A stretch of DNA of 64,000 bases from the IMG/VR virus record IMGVR_UViG_3300009370_000002, one strand, 5' to 3'. The translations under genes and the position numbers were made by a program. The DNA is from a virus. This document shows positions 49,085 through 57,142 of this stretch, one piece after another. Under the pieces are notes generated by a model, which worked only from the letters and a program-made list of their open reading frames with translations, did not search any database and was not told the DNA's origin. Numbering within the stretch: the stretch's first letter is position 1; each line of letters opens with the position of its first letter.

Positions 49085-49201
49085 ATATATTTTCCTCCTT
49101 TGTAATATATGTTTATAGAGGTAGACAAACTACCCCAATATAGACTTGAGGGGTGTGACGCCCCTCGTTTATATATAGAGAGAGAAAACCAAATCTCCTA
49201 A

Positions 49202-50281
49202 CTAGTAAATGAAAAACTTATTAGACCCATTGGTGTAGATATTCACCGCAGCATAGGGACTTTCCAATATTAAAGCCCCAACACCGTCAATAGTATCAGT
49301 AGAACTTGCACTAATTATAATATTGTGAGTGTGTGATGCCCCACCTTCGTCCTTTACAATGAATGATTGCCCATTTAAGCAAACTGACGCTGAAGGTAGC
49401 GTTAGTGTCACAGCAGAGTCCACAGTATCTGTTTGAACAGAGACAATAAAGTCTGTTTTCAGCATTTGATAATTGGCTGCAACCACATTTCTCTTGTATG
49501 CAATTCCACCACCGAATTTCATTTGGAACGCATTTAAACCGAAGACTCTGTTTGGAGCCATATCGATGCCATGATTCAAGAGGTGCATAAAGCCAACTCG
49601 CATACCCTTAGTTGCACTACCAGAGCCGAACTTCATGCTTCCGTCTTTAACGCTTAATGACTCTCCACCAAAATAAATCGTGCTGCTAGAAACATACAAC
49701 GATCTCCATTGCTTAGTTGGAGAGCCCAAGTCGTATATATCACCAGTCCCAGGATACATATGTCCAGTCACAGACATAGCCTCACCACCACTTCCGCTTC
49801 CTGATACCTGTAAGGTGGAGCCACTGAATATAAGCCCAGCCGAGCCACTAATATCTCCTGAACCAGAATGAAATTGAATTGAATTGACTGGACCCTGGGC
49901 TGTTGCAGAGCCACCACCACCTGCACCAACGGATGATGTTAATACAACGTTGTTATTTGAGTCTAAAGCTAAATAGCTGCCGGTGCTAGCCGCAGTCCCG
50001 GCAACCACACCAGCTAGGTTCAATCCAGCAGATGCAGTCGTAGCTGGGATATTTAGCACATTGTTTGTGCCAAAAGTAAGACCAGCATTGGCATCTAAGG
50101 AATAATCAGCACCAGATTGATTATAAAACAAGATTCTTCTATTGCCTTGATTAGTGGTGCTGTTTGTGATTCCTAAAACTTTTTGTATTCCGGTTCCATC
50201 TCCAGTATAAGAACCACTAAAAGATCCAGTCGCTATTAAATCGGGGGCAGATATTGTTCCACTTAATGCATTGAATGCCAT
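49202..50281 (-). CDS. virion fibre-like structural protein
   Basis: SGS-rich; C-terminal LTLPSAS..G..FIVKDE...IDG domain. Confidence 0.6.
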   Translation of the reverse strand: MAFNALSGTISAPDLIATGSFSGSYTGDGTGIQKVLGITNSTTNQGNRRILFYNQSGADYSLDANAGLTFGTNNVLNIPATTASAGLNLAGVVAGTAASTGSYLALDSNNNVVLTSSVGAGGGGSATAQGPVNSIQFHSGSGDISGSAGLIFSGSTLQVSGSGSGGEAMSVTGHMYPGTGDIYDLGSPTKQWRSLYVSSSTIYFGGESLSVKDGSMKFGSGSATKGMRVGFMHLLNHGIDMAPNRVFGLNAFQMKFGGGIAYKRNVVAANYQMLKTDFIVSVQTDTVDSAVTLTLPSASVCLNGQSFIVKDEGGASHTHNIIISASSTDTIDGVGALILESPYAAVNIYTNGSNKFFIY

Positions 50282-50296
50282 TCAAGACTGCCTCCC

Positions 50297-50908
50297 TTAG
50301 TAAATGAACCACTTGCTTATCCCATCAGCGTATAATGTTAAAGCAACTGAATCTCCTTCTATTATGTAATTAGTTTGATGATCAATCTTATCTGCACCTG
50401 ATGCTGTTATTGCGATATGGGTATTTCCAGCTTGCGTTCTTGTCACCTGATATTCGTCTTTAATTGTGAGAATTCTCCCAGCGCCCTGAGTGCTGGCAGA
50501 AGGCAAAGTCAATGATACATACGCACTGGAGCTTATACCAATTATTGAATCGCAAGATGCCACAGCATAAGAAGCCGCTGTTACTTTATTGTAATACTGC
50601 CTAAAGGAACCAGATGCCATAATTAGACTACCAGTTAGTACATGGGTATCATCGCAATCATCACCAAACACAGTGCTACCGCTTAAGTTTATTTCTATCG
50701 TGTTTGTTTGGATAATATCAAATTGGTGCGCCTGAATTCCGCCGCTAATGATTAAGGAGCCCGTGAGGTAGACAGTTTTACTACCAGTGGCAAAAGTAAG
50801 GTTAGGACTACCAGTAAGAACCTGATTTACACCCGTATATTGGATGCTGCCTGTCGGACCTTGCCCTGTCACGGCACCAGAAAGATGTATCCACCCCATC
50901 ATGCTCAT
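50297..50908 (-). CDS. virion fibre-like structural protein
   Basis: QGPTGSIQY, TGS repeats, same C-terminal domain as neighbours. Confidence 0.6.
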   Translation of the reverse strand: MSMMGWIHLSGAVTGQGPTGSIQYTGVNQVLTGSPNLTFATGSKTVYLTGSLIISGGIQAHQFDIIQTNTIEINLSGSTVFGDDCDDTHVLTGSLIMASGSFRQYYNKVTAASYAVASCDSIIGISSSAYVSLTLPSASTQGAGRILTIKDEYQVTRTQAGNTHIAITASGADKIDHQTNYIIEGDSVALTLYADGISKWFIY

Positions 50909-50946
50909 TACATTTTACTCCGATTGTTATTCATTGGTATATCCTG

Positions 50947-51351
50947 CTAAAAAGTGCTAAAAGCTGCATACGGGTCGCCATTGCCAGCGAACGCAATTAC
51001 GTCTGCGCCGGCTATTTCTACAACAATAGATTGATTGTCTCCGCAAACAACAGCGGATCGTGATCCATCAGCAGGATTTACGTGCATTAGCTCACTCCAT
51101 CGCTGAGTAGCGTACAAATACGTATAAACATGTGTTACATTCTGACTTGAGCCCGAGCAATGAATAGTTACAAATCTTTGGTTTTCTGTTTTATACATCC
51201 CATTAGTAGGAGTTAAGTTTGATGCGGTATTTGCTATATCTTTACCGGTAAGAGTAGCAATGGTTGTTACAACAACCTCCACCCCGTCTGTTGCTGTTAT
51301 ATTTTTTGGTCTTCTTGTTCTTCCCCAACTGTTATAATTGTGTACTGCCAT
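50947..51351 (-). CDS. hypothetical (probable virion) protein
   Basis: 134 aa with CTACTTA motif upstream. Confidence 0.55.
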   Translation of the reverse strand: MAVHNYNSWGRTRRPKNITATDGVEVVVTTIATLTGKDIANTASNLTPTNGMYKTENQRFVTIHCSGSSQNVTHVYTYLYATQRWSELMHVNPADGSRSAVVCGDNQSIVVEIAGADVIAFAGNGDPYAAFSTF

Positions 51352-51380
51352 AATTAAATCTCCAATCTCTTATAAGTAGT

Positions 51381-51587
51381 CTATCTCTTCTGTTTTGCGA
51401 GTTCTTTCGCCCTTCTTCTGTCGGAGCGCTTATTTCTTCGTCTTCTTTTTTCTGATGGTTTCAAATAGCGCTGCTTTTCTCGATATTCGTCTATAATTCC
51501 AAGTTTCTTGACTTTTTTGCCAAATCTCTTTATTACTCTTTCGATGTTTTCGTTGCGTCTTGGGTAAACGACTAAGTTTGTTGCCAT
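51381..51587 (-). CDS. rpsU: ribosomal protein bS21
   Basis: 68 aa; V..R.NENIERVIKRFGKKV...EYREKQRYLKPSEKRRR is the bS21 pattern. Confidence 0.85.
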   Translation of the reverse strand: MATNLVVYPRRNENIERVIKRFGKKVKKLGIIDEYREKQRYLKPSEKRRRRNKRSDRRRAKELAKQKR

Positions 51588-52024
51588 TATTTTTTCTCCA
51601 TCATTCTTTTGAATATTGTATTAGACTTGGTGCTTACCAAGTTTGATATGTCCACGCCTGGATCATTAGAATCAACTCCCGACAATGGCCCTTGTCCAGA
51701 ATTACCAGTAGGTGATGGAGCAGGAGTTGTACCTTCAAAGACGTTTACTCCGCCATATGCGTCTGATCCGATGGCACCGAGAAGCTTTTTCTTTCTTTCA
51801 AGTAAAGCCTGTTTGCTAGAGCTACCGGCCGCTGCCTTGGCATTAGCTATCCACCTTTCTTCACTAGTTTGTTCTCTTACAACTTTCTTCTGGGAGGGCG
51901 CTTTCAAGCCACGGGCAACCTCCGATATGATATGAGATAAAGCACCTTTATCTTCAAATATCACTTCCCTAATGCACTCCTTAATAAGAGGTTTGAGTAT
52001 TTTTTTCAATTCATCTTTTTTCAT
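51587..52024 (-). CDS. hypothetical prohead-associated protein
   Basis: MKKDELKKILKPLIKECIREVIFE leader-like helix; adjacent to protease. Confidence 0.6.
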   Translation of the reverse strand: MKKDELKKILKPLIKECIREVIFEDKGALSHIISEVARGLKAPSQKKVVREQTSEERWIANAKAAAGSSSKQALLERKKKLLGAIGSDAYGGVNVFEGTTPAPSPTGNSGQGPLSGVDSNDPGVDISNLVSTKSNTIFKRMMEKK

Positions 52025-52650
52025 CAGTTTCTCAATATTTTGTTAAACAAGCCATCCAATATAATGCCTCTCTTCTCGTTGATTTTGTTTTCATACACTC
52101 TTGAGCCAACCGCTATGGTTTTTTCAGGATAAATATACGCATTTGGAGTTGAAGGTTCCGATACAATATCAAAGCAAATTAATTCAAAATCCTCTTGAAC
52201 AACTGTATTGCCGGCAACTTCGTTAACTGACCCAAGTCCCCGAGAAGATATTCCAAGCTTAATCCCAGAATTAATTAAGTCTTTTAAGATTCTTCCAGAT
52301 GGAGTGTCAAGAACCTTAATCTTACCCATGACATCATTCCCTTCCCACCACATGTCAGTAACAACATGAGATACATTTCTCAAGTTGATAACCGAGTCAT
52401 CAGGATGATCAAGTTCACCTAAAGCTCTGTTGTCCTTAATAACGTTCATGTAATTTTTGATTTCTTTTTGAAGAACCTTGCAAGGATATATTCTACCATT
52501 TCCGTTCTTCTTCTCACAAGTCTGGAGTCTACCAGACAAATAGAGGGCGCCATTTTCAACTTCCCTCTTTTCACGTTCGGTTAACAAATCTTGACAAATG
52601 CCATCTTTGCACAACTCGTAAAACTCTGTTAAAAGTTGCTTTACCGCCAT
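52024..52650 (-). CDS. prohead maturation protease (gp21-like)
   Basis: NGNGRIYP, ALGELDHPD, NVSH, TPSGRIL, LGISSRGLGS, FDIVSEPSTPNA. Confidence 0.95.
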   Translation of the reverse strand: MAVKQLLTEFYELCKDGICQDLLTEREKREVENGALYLSGRLQTCEKKNGNGRIYPCKVLQKEIKNYMNVIKDNRALGELDHPDDSVINLRNVSHVVTDMWWEGNDVMGKIKVLDTPSGRILKDLINSGIKLGISSRGLGSVNEVAGNTVVQEDFELICFDIVSEPSTPNAYIYPEKTIAVGSRVYENKINEKRGIILDGLFNKILRN

Positions 52651-53102
52651 CTTCTTCTCCTCACGTACATCTGATTAACATCAACGCCGTGCGGTTGCCA
52701 GCTTTCAACATCTCCATTGGAATAATCAACATCAATTATTCCACTTTGCATTTTGGTTACATTTGTGATTTTAGGCAAACCTTCTATATCGGTACTCTCC
52801 GGATCCATGTCCCATGCGTTCTTCCATTTGGAATTAAGCATATAGAGACGGAAAAGCTCTCTACGCCCAAGGCTTAGTGACTGAAGATATTCATCTCTCA
52901 TGTTGTCGCGAATATAAGAATTGAGTAAATGCTTAACTGTCCCTGTCATAGGGGCACTTGACGCTACAGGCGCCTCGGGTGCAGTCTGCGGCTCAGCCAC
53001 GGCCTTGGGAGGCAAATCCATAGGCAGTTCCAATTGTGCATAATTTGCCTCTTTCATTACCTCTCTGACATATTGTTCCAATAGTTTTTTGGTTATCTTC
53101 AT
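52641..53102 (-). CDS. leader-bearing orphan protein
   Basis: starts MKITKKLLEQYVREVMKE. Confidence 0.6.
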   Translation of the reverse strand: MKITKKLLEQYVREVMKEANYAQLELPMDLPPKAVAEPQTAPEAPVASSAPMTGTVKHLLNSYIRDNMRDEYLQSLSLGRRELFRLYMLNSKWKNAWDMDPESTDIEGLPKITNVTKMQSGIIDVDYSNGDVESWQPHGVDVNQMYVRRRRWR

Positions 53103-53407
53103 TGTTCCCGATTGCCTCTCATAGCCGCCTTTGCTGCTCTTATCTTATCCATAATTTTTGCGGCTTCAGATGCACCGAAAAGATTCGCTAGCTCTTCTTC
53201 TTGTCTTTTCAAATTTTGCTCTTCTCTTGGATCATCCACATAAGTACCCTCATCGGGATCACCAGCAGGAAGATTTCTTGGATCGGCCTCTCCTCTCCTC
53301 ATCCTTCCCATTCGTTTGTGGTGAACGTGGGCACCCATATCAAAATCATCCGATTCGGACAATACTTCACGAATCATTTTCATAAGTTGTTCAGTTGTTA
53401 ATTTCAT
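53099..53407 (-). CDS. leader-bearing orphan protein
   Basis: starts MKLTTEQLMKMIREVLSE. Confidence 0.6.
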   Translation of the reverse strand: MKLTTEQLMKMIREVLSESDDFDMGAHVHHKRMGRMRRGEADPRNLPAGDPDEGTYVDDPREEQNLKRQEEELANLFGASEAAKIMDKIRAAKAAMRGNREQ

Positions 53408-53447
53408 TTTGTCAATTCCTATAAAATACCGGCGCTACCGGCGTGTG

Positions 53448-53501
53448 TCAACTTCCGCTACAGCAGCGTCGAACAGGTTGTAACATCCATTTCTTACTCA
53501 T
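53448..53501 (-). CDS. 17-aa Cys-Cys micro-ORF
   Basis: AGGAG RBS 6 nt before ATG; MSKKWMLQPVRRCCSGS then TGA. Confidence 0.5.
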   Translation of the reverse strand: MSKKWMLQPVRRCCSGS

Positions 53502-53510
53502 AATAAACTC

Positions 53511-53840
53511 CTAGTTGTAAAAAAGATTTATGCCTTCATCTCCAATAGCCATGGAAAGGCTATAAGAAGTTCCAGCAGATATAAAACCACAAATAAAGAA
53601 ATTCGCGATTGTATAGTCAAAAGTAAATAGTTCAGTGCCGCCATTTATCAAGAAAAGAAAGCAACCGACCCAAAAACCCATACAAAGAGGGCAGTGGAAT
53701 AACCAAGTCCACATTTTTTCAGGATTTTTCTCTGGCCTTATTGAGTGAAATATGCTGCCATAAACCAAAATAAAGGTAAGCCCAAAAGAGGCAAGCACAA
53801 AATAAAGTAATTCCATTAAATCTCCAATTTTTTTCGTCAA
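53511..53840 (-). CDS. small membrane protein with Cys motif (DUF1360-like)
   Basis: Three hydrophobic segments and LFHCPLCMGFWVG. Confidence 0.6.
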   Translation of the reverse strand: MTKKIGDLMELLYFVLASFGLTFILVYGSIFHSIRPEKNPEKMWTWLFHCPLCMGFWVGCFLFLINGGTELFTFDYTIANFFICGFISAGTSYSLSMAIGDEGINLFYN

Positions 53841-53855
53841 ATACTATCAAATACA

Positions 53856-54422
53856 TCAATAGATGTATCTTCCATAAAGATAAGGGGCAAATAAACCATG
53901 CTGCTTGATGGAGCCCTTCTCCTCTTCATGTGGCACCTCACCAAGCTCAGTTGATTCTTCTTGGTCAGGATTTAATATCAAGTCTTCTATTGTATCATTA
54001 TAGCTATCATCCAAGAATGGCTTTTCTTCTATTAGCCATTTGCTTATTTCATACAATGCCATCTTGACTGAATCCACCTCTTTTGATTCGAGGAGGATTC
54101 CTTGTAATGAACCATACACATTTCCGCCTTCAATCGAGTCATACTGTACGATTCCTTTTTTTCTTAAATACTCAAATAATCTTTTCTCTGCGCCATAAAC
54201 CGAATCACACACAATATCTTTGGCAAAAGCCACAATCTTTTTCTTCTCAATCAAAACAATGATGTCGATTTCCTTATGGTCAAACACCATAATATCGCCA
54301 TTTAATGCTCTTCTCATATCGAGTTTGTACTCAACCACAGTGGTTTTCGGCCCAGAAATCTTAACTGTGATTGGTTCTGCTGTGGGTTGTAAGTTGCTTG
54401 ATATTTTCACGTTAATAGCCAT
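53856..54422 (-). CDS. hypothetical head-module protein
   Basis: 188 aa between portal and protease region. Confidence 0.6.
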   Translation of the reverse strand: MAINVKISSNLQPTAEPITVKISGPKTTVVEYKLDMRRALNGDIMVFDHKEIDIIVLIEKKKIVAFAKDIVCDSVYGAEKRLFEYLRKKGIVQYDSIEGGNVYGSLQGILLESKEVDSVKMALYEISKWLIEEKPFLDDSYNDTIEDLILNPDQEESTELGEVPHEEEKGSIKQHGLFAPYLYGRYIY

Positions 54423-55234
54423 TATTTGTTTACCTCTGCAACCAAATCTTGGATATAAAAAATCTCTTTAACCACCTGTTCTGTAATTGGTGTGTTGGAG
54501 TAAGCGTCAAGTTGCTTTAAAACTTGCTTAGTTTTAGTCAAAAAAGACTCATTTTCAGTGATTTTTTGTTTATTGGTACACAAGTATACCTCAGCCTTAA
54601 GACGTGAAATTTCCTCGTTTATGAACGATTTAAGCCCTAGTCCATTATCGGAAAATGAGGTAATATAATTCATCAACAAATCTTTTTGTTCTTGCCTCAA
54701 GCTATTACCGTATGTTTGATTGAACTTCTTGGTGAATGTTTTGTAGGTGAGGTTATCAATATGATTCATTTCTTTATTTTTTCGCCTTTCTGAAGACATG
54801 AGTCCAACCAGGCGGCTCTCCACAAGAATGCGATTCTTTGCCTTAAGGCTTGAATTGAAGTATGCACCAACAGATGCAATGTCTTTATAGTTTGAAATAA
54901 AATTTGCAAAAGCAGAAGGGGACATTATTTCATTAATTTGCTTGATTAATTTTGTTTGCTGATTGAATATTGCTTTACGATTAAGGCTTTCAAAGTCCTT
55001 CTTCGTCTCAATAAGAAGTCGATGGGCAAATTCCGCCGACACTTTCTTACTCTCTAAGACAGATCGATAAATGTCCAAATCCTGCTTGAGTACAGAACCT
55101 TTCTTGAAATTTTCTTTAACGATGTTCATTATTTTTTGCTTTTTGTCTTGTTGGTTTCTGACGATTGCCTTTGTTAATTCTTTCATAAGACATTCGTAAA
55201 GAAAAGCGGTATTTCTTTTCTTATTGTGTTTCAT
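54422..55234 (-). CDS. hypothetical head-module protein (possible core component)
   Basis: Start refined to MKHNKKRNTAFLYE; helical; directly after portal. Confidence 0.6.
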   Translation of the reverse strand: MKHNKKRNTAFLYECLMKELTKAIVRNQQDKKQKIMNIVKENFKKGSVLKQDLDIYRSVLESKKVSAEFAHRLLIETKKDFESLNRKAIFNQQTKLIKQINEIMSPSAFANFISNYKDIASVGAYFNSSLKAKNRILVESRLVGLMSSERRKNKEMNHIDNLTYKTFTKKFNQTYGNSLRQEQKDLLMNYITSFSDNGLGLKSFINEEISRLKAEVYLCTNKQKITENESFLTKTKQVLKQLDAYSNTPITEQVVKEIFYIQDLVAEVNK

Positions 55235-57134
55235 CCTGTGTCTCCTTTGATTTAAACAGACTCTCAACTAACTTGTTGATGTCGTGCTTTGTATTAAATA
55301 GTTTCTTTTCTTCGTTATCATGAGTCTCCATTATTCCACTTGCCATACTCTTTAGGCCGTCCTTACCACCATAGCCAGCCGGAAGAGATGCCCTTGGAGA
55401 AGAAGGTCTGCCAAACTCCCCAGCCGTCGCCACAGAAGAATAGTTTTGGCTTCTTCTGGATTTTCTCTTCTTTCCTGACATGTTGTATGGCCCTCTAGGA
55501 CTATCATCTCTCTTTGCTGGTGGCTCTGCTAAAAGAATGTCTTCTTCATCTCCACCGGTTTCCTCGGCTGGTTCCTCTCCACCCAAGTCACCACCTAAGT
55601 CACCTTCCAAATCACCACCAAGATCGCCGCCTAAGTCACCACCTAAGTCACCACCCAAATCTCCTCCTCCCTCTTCACCACCACCTTCTGCGGCACCTTC
55701 AAGTTTGGCTGTAAACTTTCTATCAAAGAACATTTCCCTTTGCATGCGAACAAACTCATCTTCTGATAGTCCTAGCAAATTTTCAGCAACCCATCGTTTG
55801 GAAAAGAATCCCTCCGTGGCTGAGCCTGCGATATCAAACTTTGCCTTCCAATGCTCTATTTCTTGAAGTTCGGCAATTTTGGATGGGTTATTGAGGCTGA
55901 GGCTAAATGAGAGCAAATCATCTCCTCTAAAGCCAAGCGTAAACAGGTGAACGATTCCTATCTTTTCCAATTCTGAAATCACCGCTCTTTGGAGTCTTTG
56001 GATTGTTCTGGCGAATCGAATATCTTTTTGAGCTAATGTTGTTTTGTCTTCTGTTGCTCCCTCGCCCATTGTCAAATAAGACTGCGGTATCTTAAGGGCT
56101 GAGAATAGTTTATCTCGTAGATACTTGACATCATCTACTTGTCCAGAATAGTCGCCACCTTTTAGTGACTCTATCTTCGTGTTGGAGGTTCCACCACGAA
56201 CTGGTATAAAATAATCCTCTTCTATTGATAATGGATTGTATCTCAAGTCAACTCTCCCTGTCTTTGGATCCACAACTTGGTGTCGTTTCATTTGAGTCAT
56301 TACCTTCTGCATGTATTGTTCAACGTCCTGTGGAGCGATAGAACCAACATCAACATAAAATGCTCGACGCTCTGGGGCACGAACAATTCGGTATGCCATC
56401 ATCGCATCCTCAAGGAGCGTTAGTTGCCTCCAAATCCGTCGAGCAGGCTCAAGCACTGAGGTACCATAGGGAACGTGTTTGTCATTTCCCATAATCCTAA
56501 AGTGTGCTACCTGCCAGTTTTCCAACGTTAGGGCTGCGCTGTTCCACTGAAACTGTACATAATTGGGATTTGATTCATCTTCGCCCTCCATTCGCTCAAC
56601 TTCTTGCGGAGGCAAGCCAATTGCGCTCCGAATGCCTGCGTCATCGTCAATATCCAAATACAAAAAGAAATCTCCATACTTACACATTGTTCTACACCAA
56701 CCAAACAAGTTGTGTTCAATGTTCATCACATCATGATATAATGCATGCAAGATTGTTTTTATTTCATCATTTGAACACTTTATCTTTAGCATATCGTGCA
56801 AGGCTGAATGTGTTGTCATCTCATCAGCATATATATCAAGGGACGAATTGATTTCGGGGGTGAACTCCATTTGATCAAAATCAACATAACGCTCAGAACG
56901 ATTTCTATTAGATATCATATTGATAGTGGTTACGTTCATTGGGTTGTATTCTGATTTTTTGAATTGTTTCCCGGAAGCTGACTTAAATCTTTTAGCATAT
57001 GTGTCCAAATGTCTTCGTTTTATTTGTCTACCTGACTGCGTTCGACGCTGGGTTATTGGTCCGGAAAAAAGCCTTGTTAACGCTCTGAATAATCCAGACT
57101 CCTCATTATACGGGTTTTTATTGTTTTTAGCCAT
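55221..57134 (-). CDS. portal protein (gp20-like)
   Basis: LDIYADE, MCKYGDFFL, LLEDAMMAYRIVRAPERRAFYVDVG, EEDYFIPVRGG, YLRDKLFSALKIP. Confidence 0.96.
   Translation of the reverse strand: MAKNNKNPYNEESGLFRALTRLFSGPITQRRTQSGRQIKRRHLDTYAKRFKSASGKQFKKSEYNPMNVTTINMISNRNRSERYVDFDQMEFTPEINSSLDIYADEMTTHSALHDMLKIKCSNDEIKTILHALYHDVMNIEHNLFGWCRTMCKYGDFFLYLDIDDDAGIRSAIGLPPQEVERMEGEDESNPNYVQFQWNSAALTLENWQVAHFRIMGNDKHVPYGTSVLEPARRIWRQLTLLEDAMMAYRIVRAPERRAFYVDVGSIAPQDVEQYMQKVMTQMKRHQVVDPKTGRVDLRYNPLSIEEDYFIPVRGGTSNTKIESLKGGDYSGQVDDVKYLRDKLFSALKIPQSYLTMGEGATEDKTTLAQKDIRFARTIQRLQRAVISELEKIGIVHLFTLGFRGDDLLSFSLSLNNPSKIAELQEIEHWKAKFDIAGSATEGFFSKRWVAENLLGLSEDEFVRMQREMFFDRKFTAKLEGAAEGGGEEGGGDLGGDLGGDLGGDLGGDLEGDLGGDLGGEEPAEETGGDEEDILLAEPPAKRDDSPRGPYNMSGKKRKSRRSQNYSSVATAGEFGRPSSPRASLPAGYGGKDGLKSMASGIMETHDNEEKKLFNTKHDINKLVESLFKSKETQDETQ
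55578..55670. repeat. 12-bp degenerate tandem repeat encoding (G/E)GDL x7 in portal tail
   Basis: GGDLGGDLGGDLGGDLGGDLEGDLGGDL in translation. Confidence 0.8.
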
Positions 57135-57142
57135 AATTTATC

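Noticed and set aside
55578-55670. Portal GGDL repeats as a non-coding repeat element
   Set aside because: In-frame, degenerate at third positions, and encode a low-complexity tail
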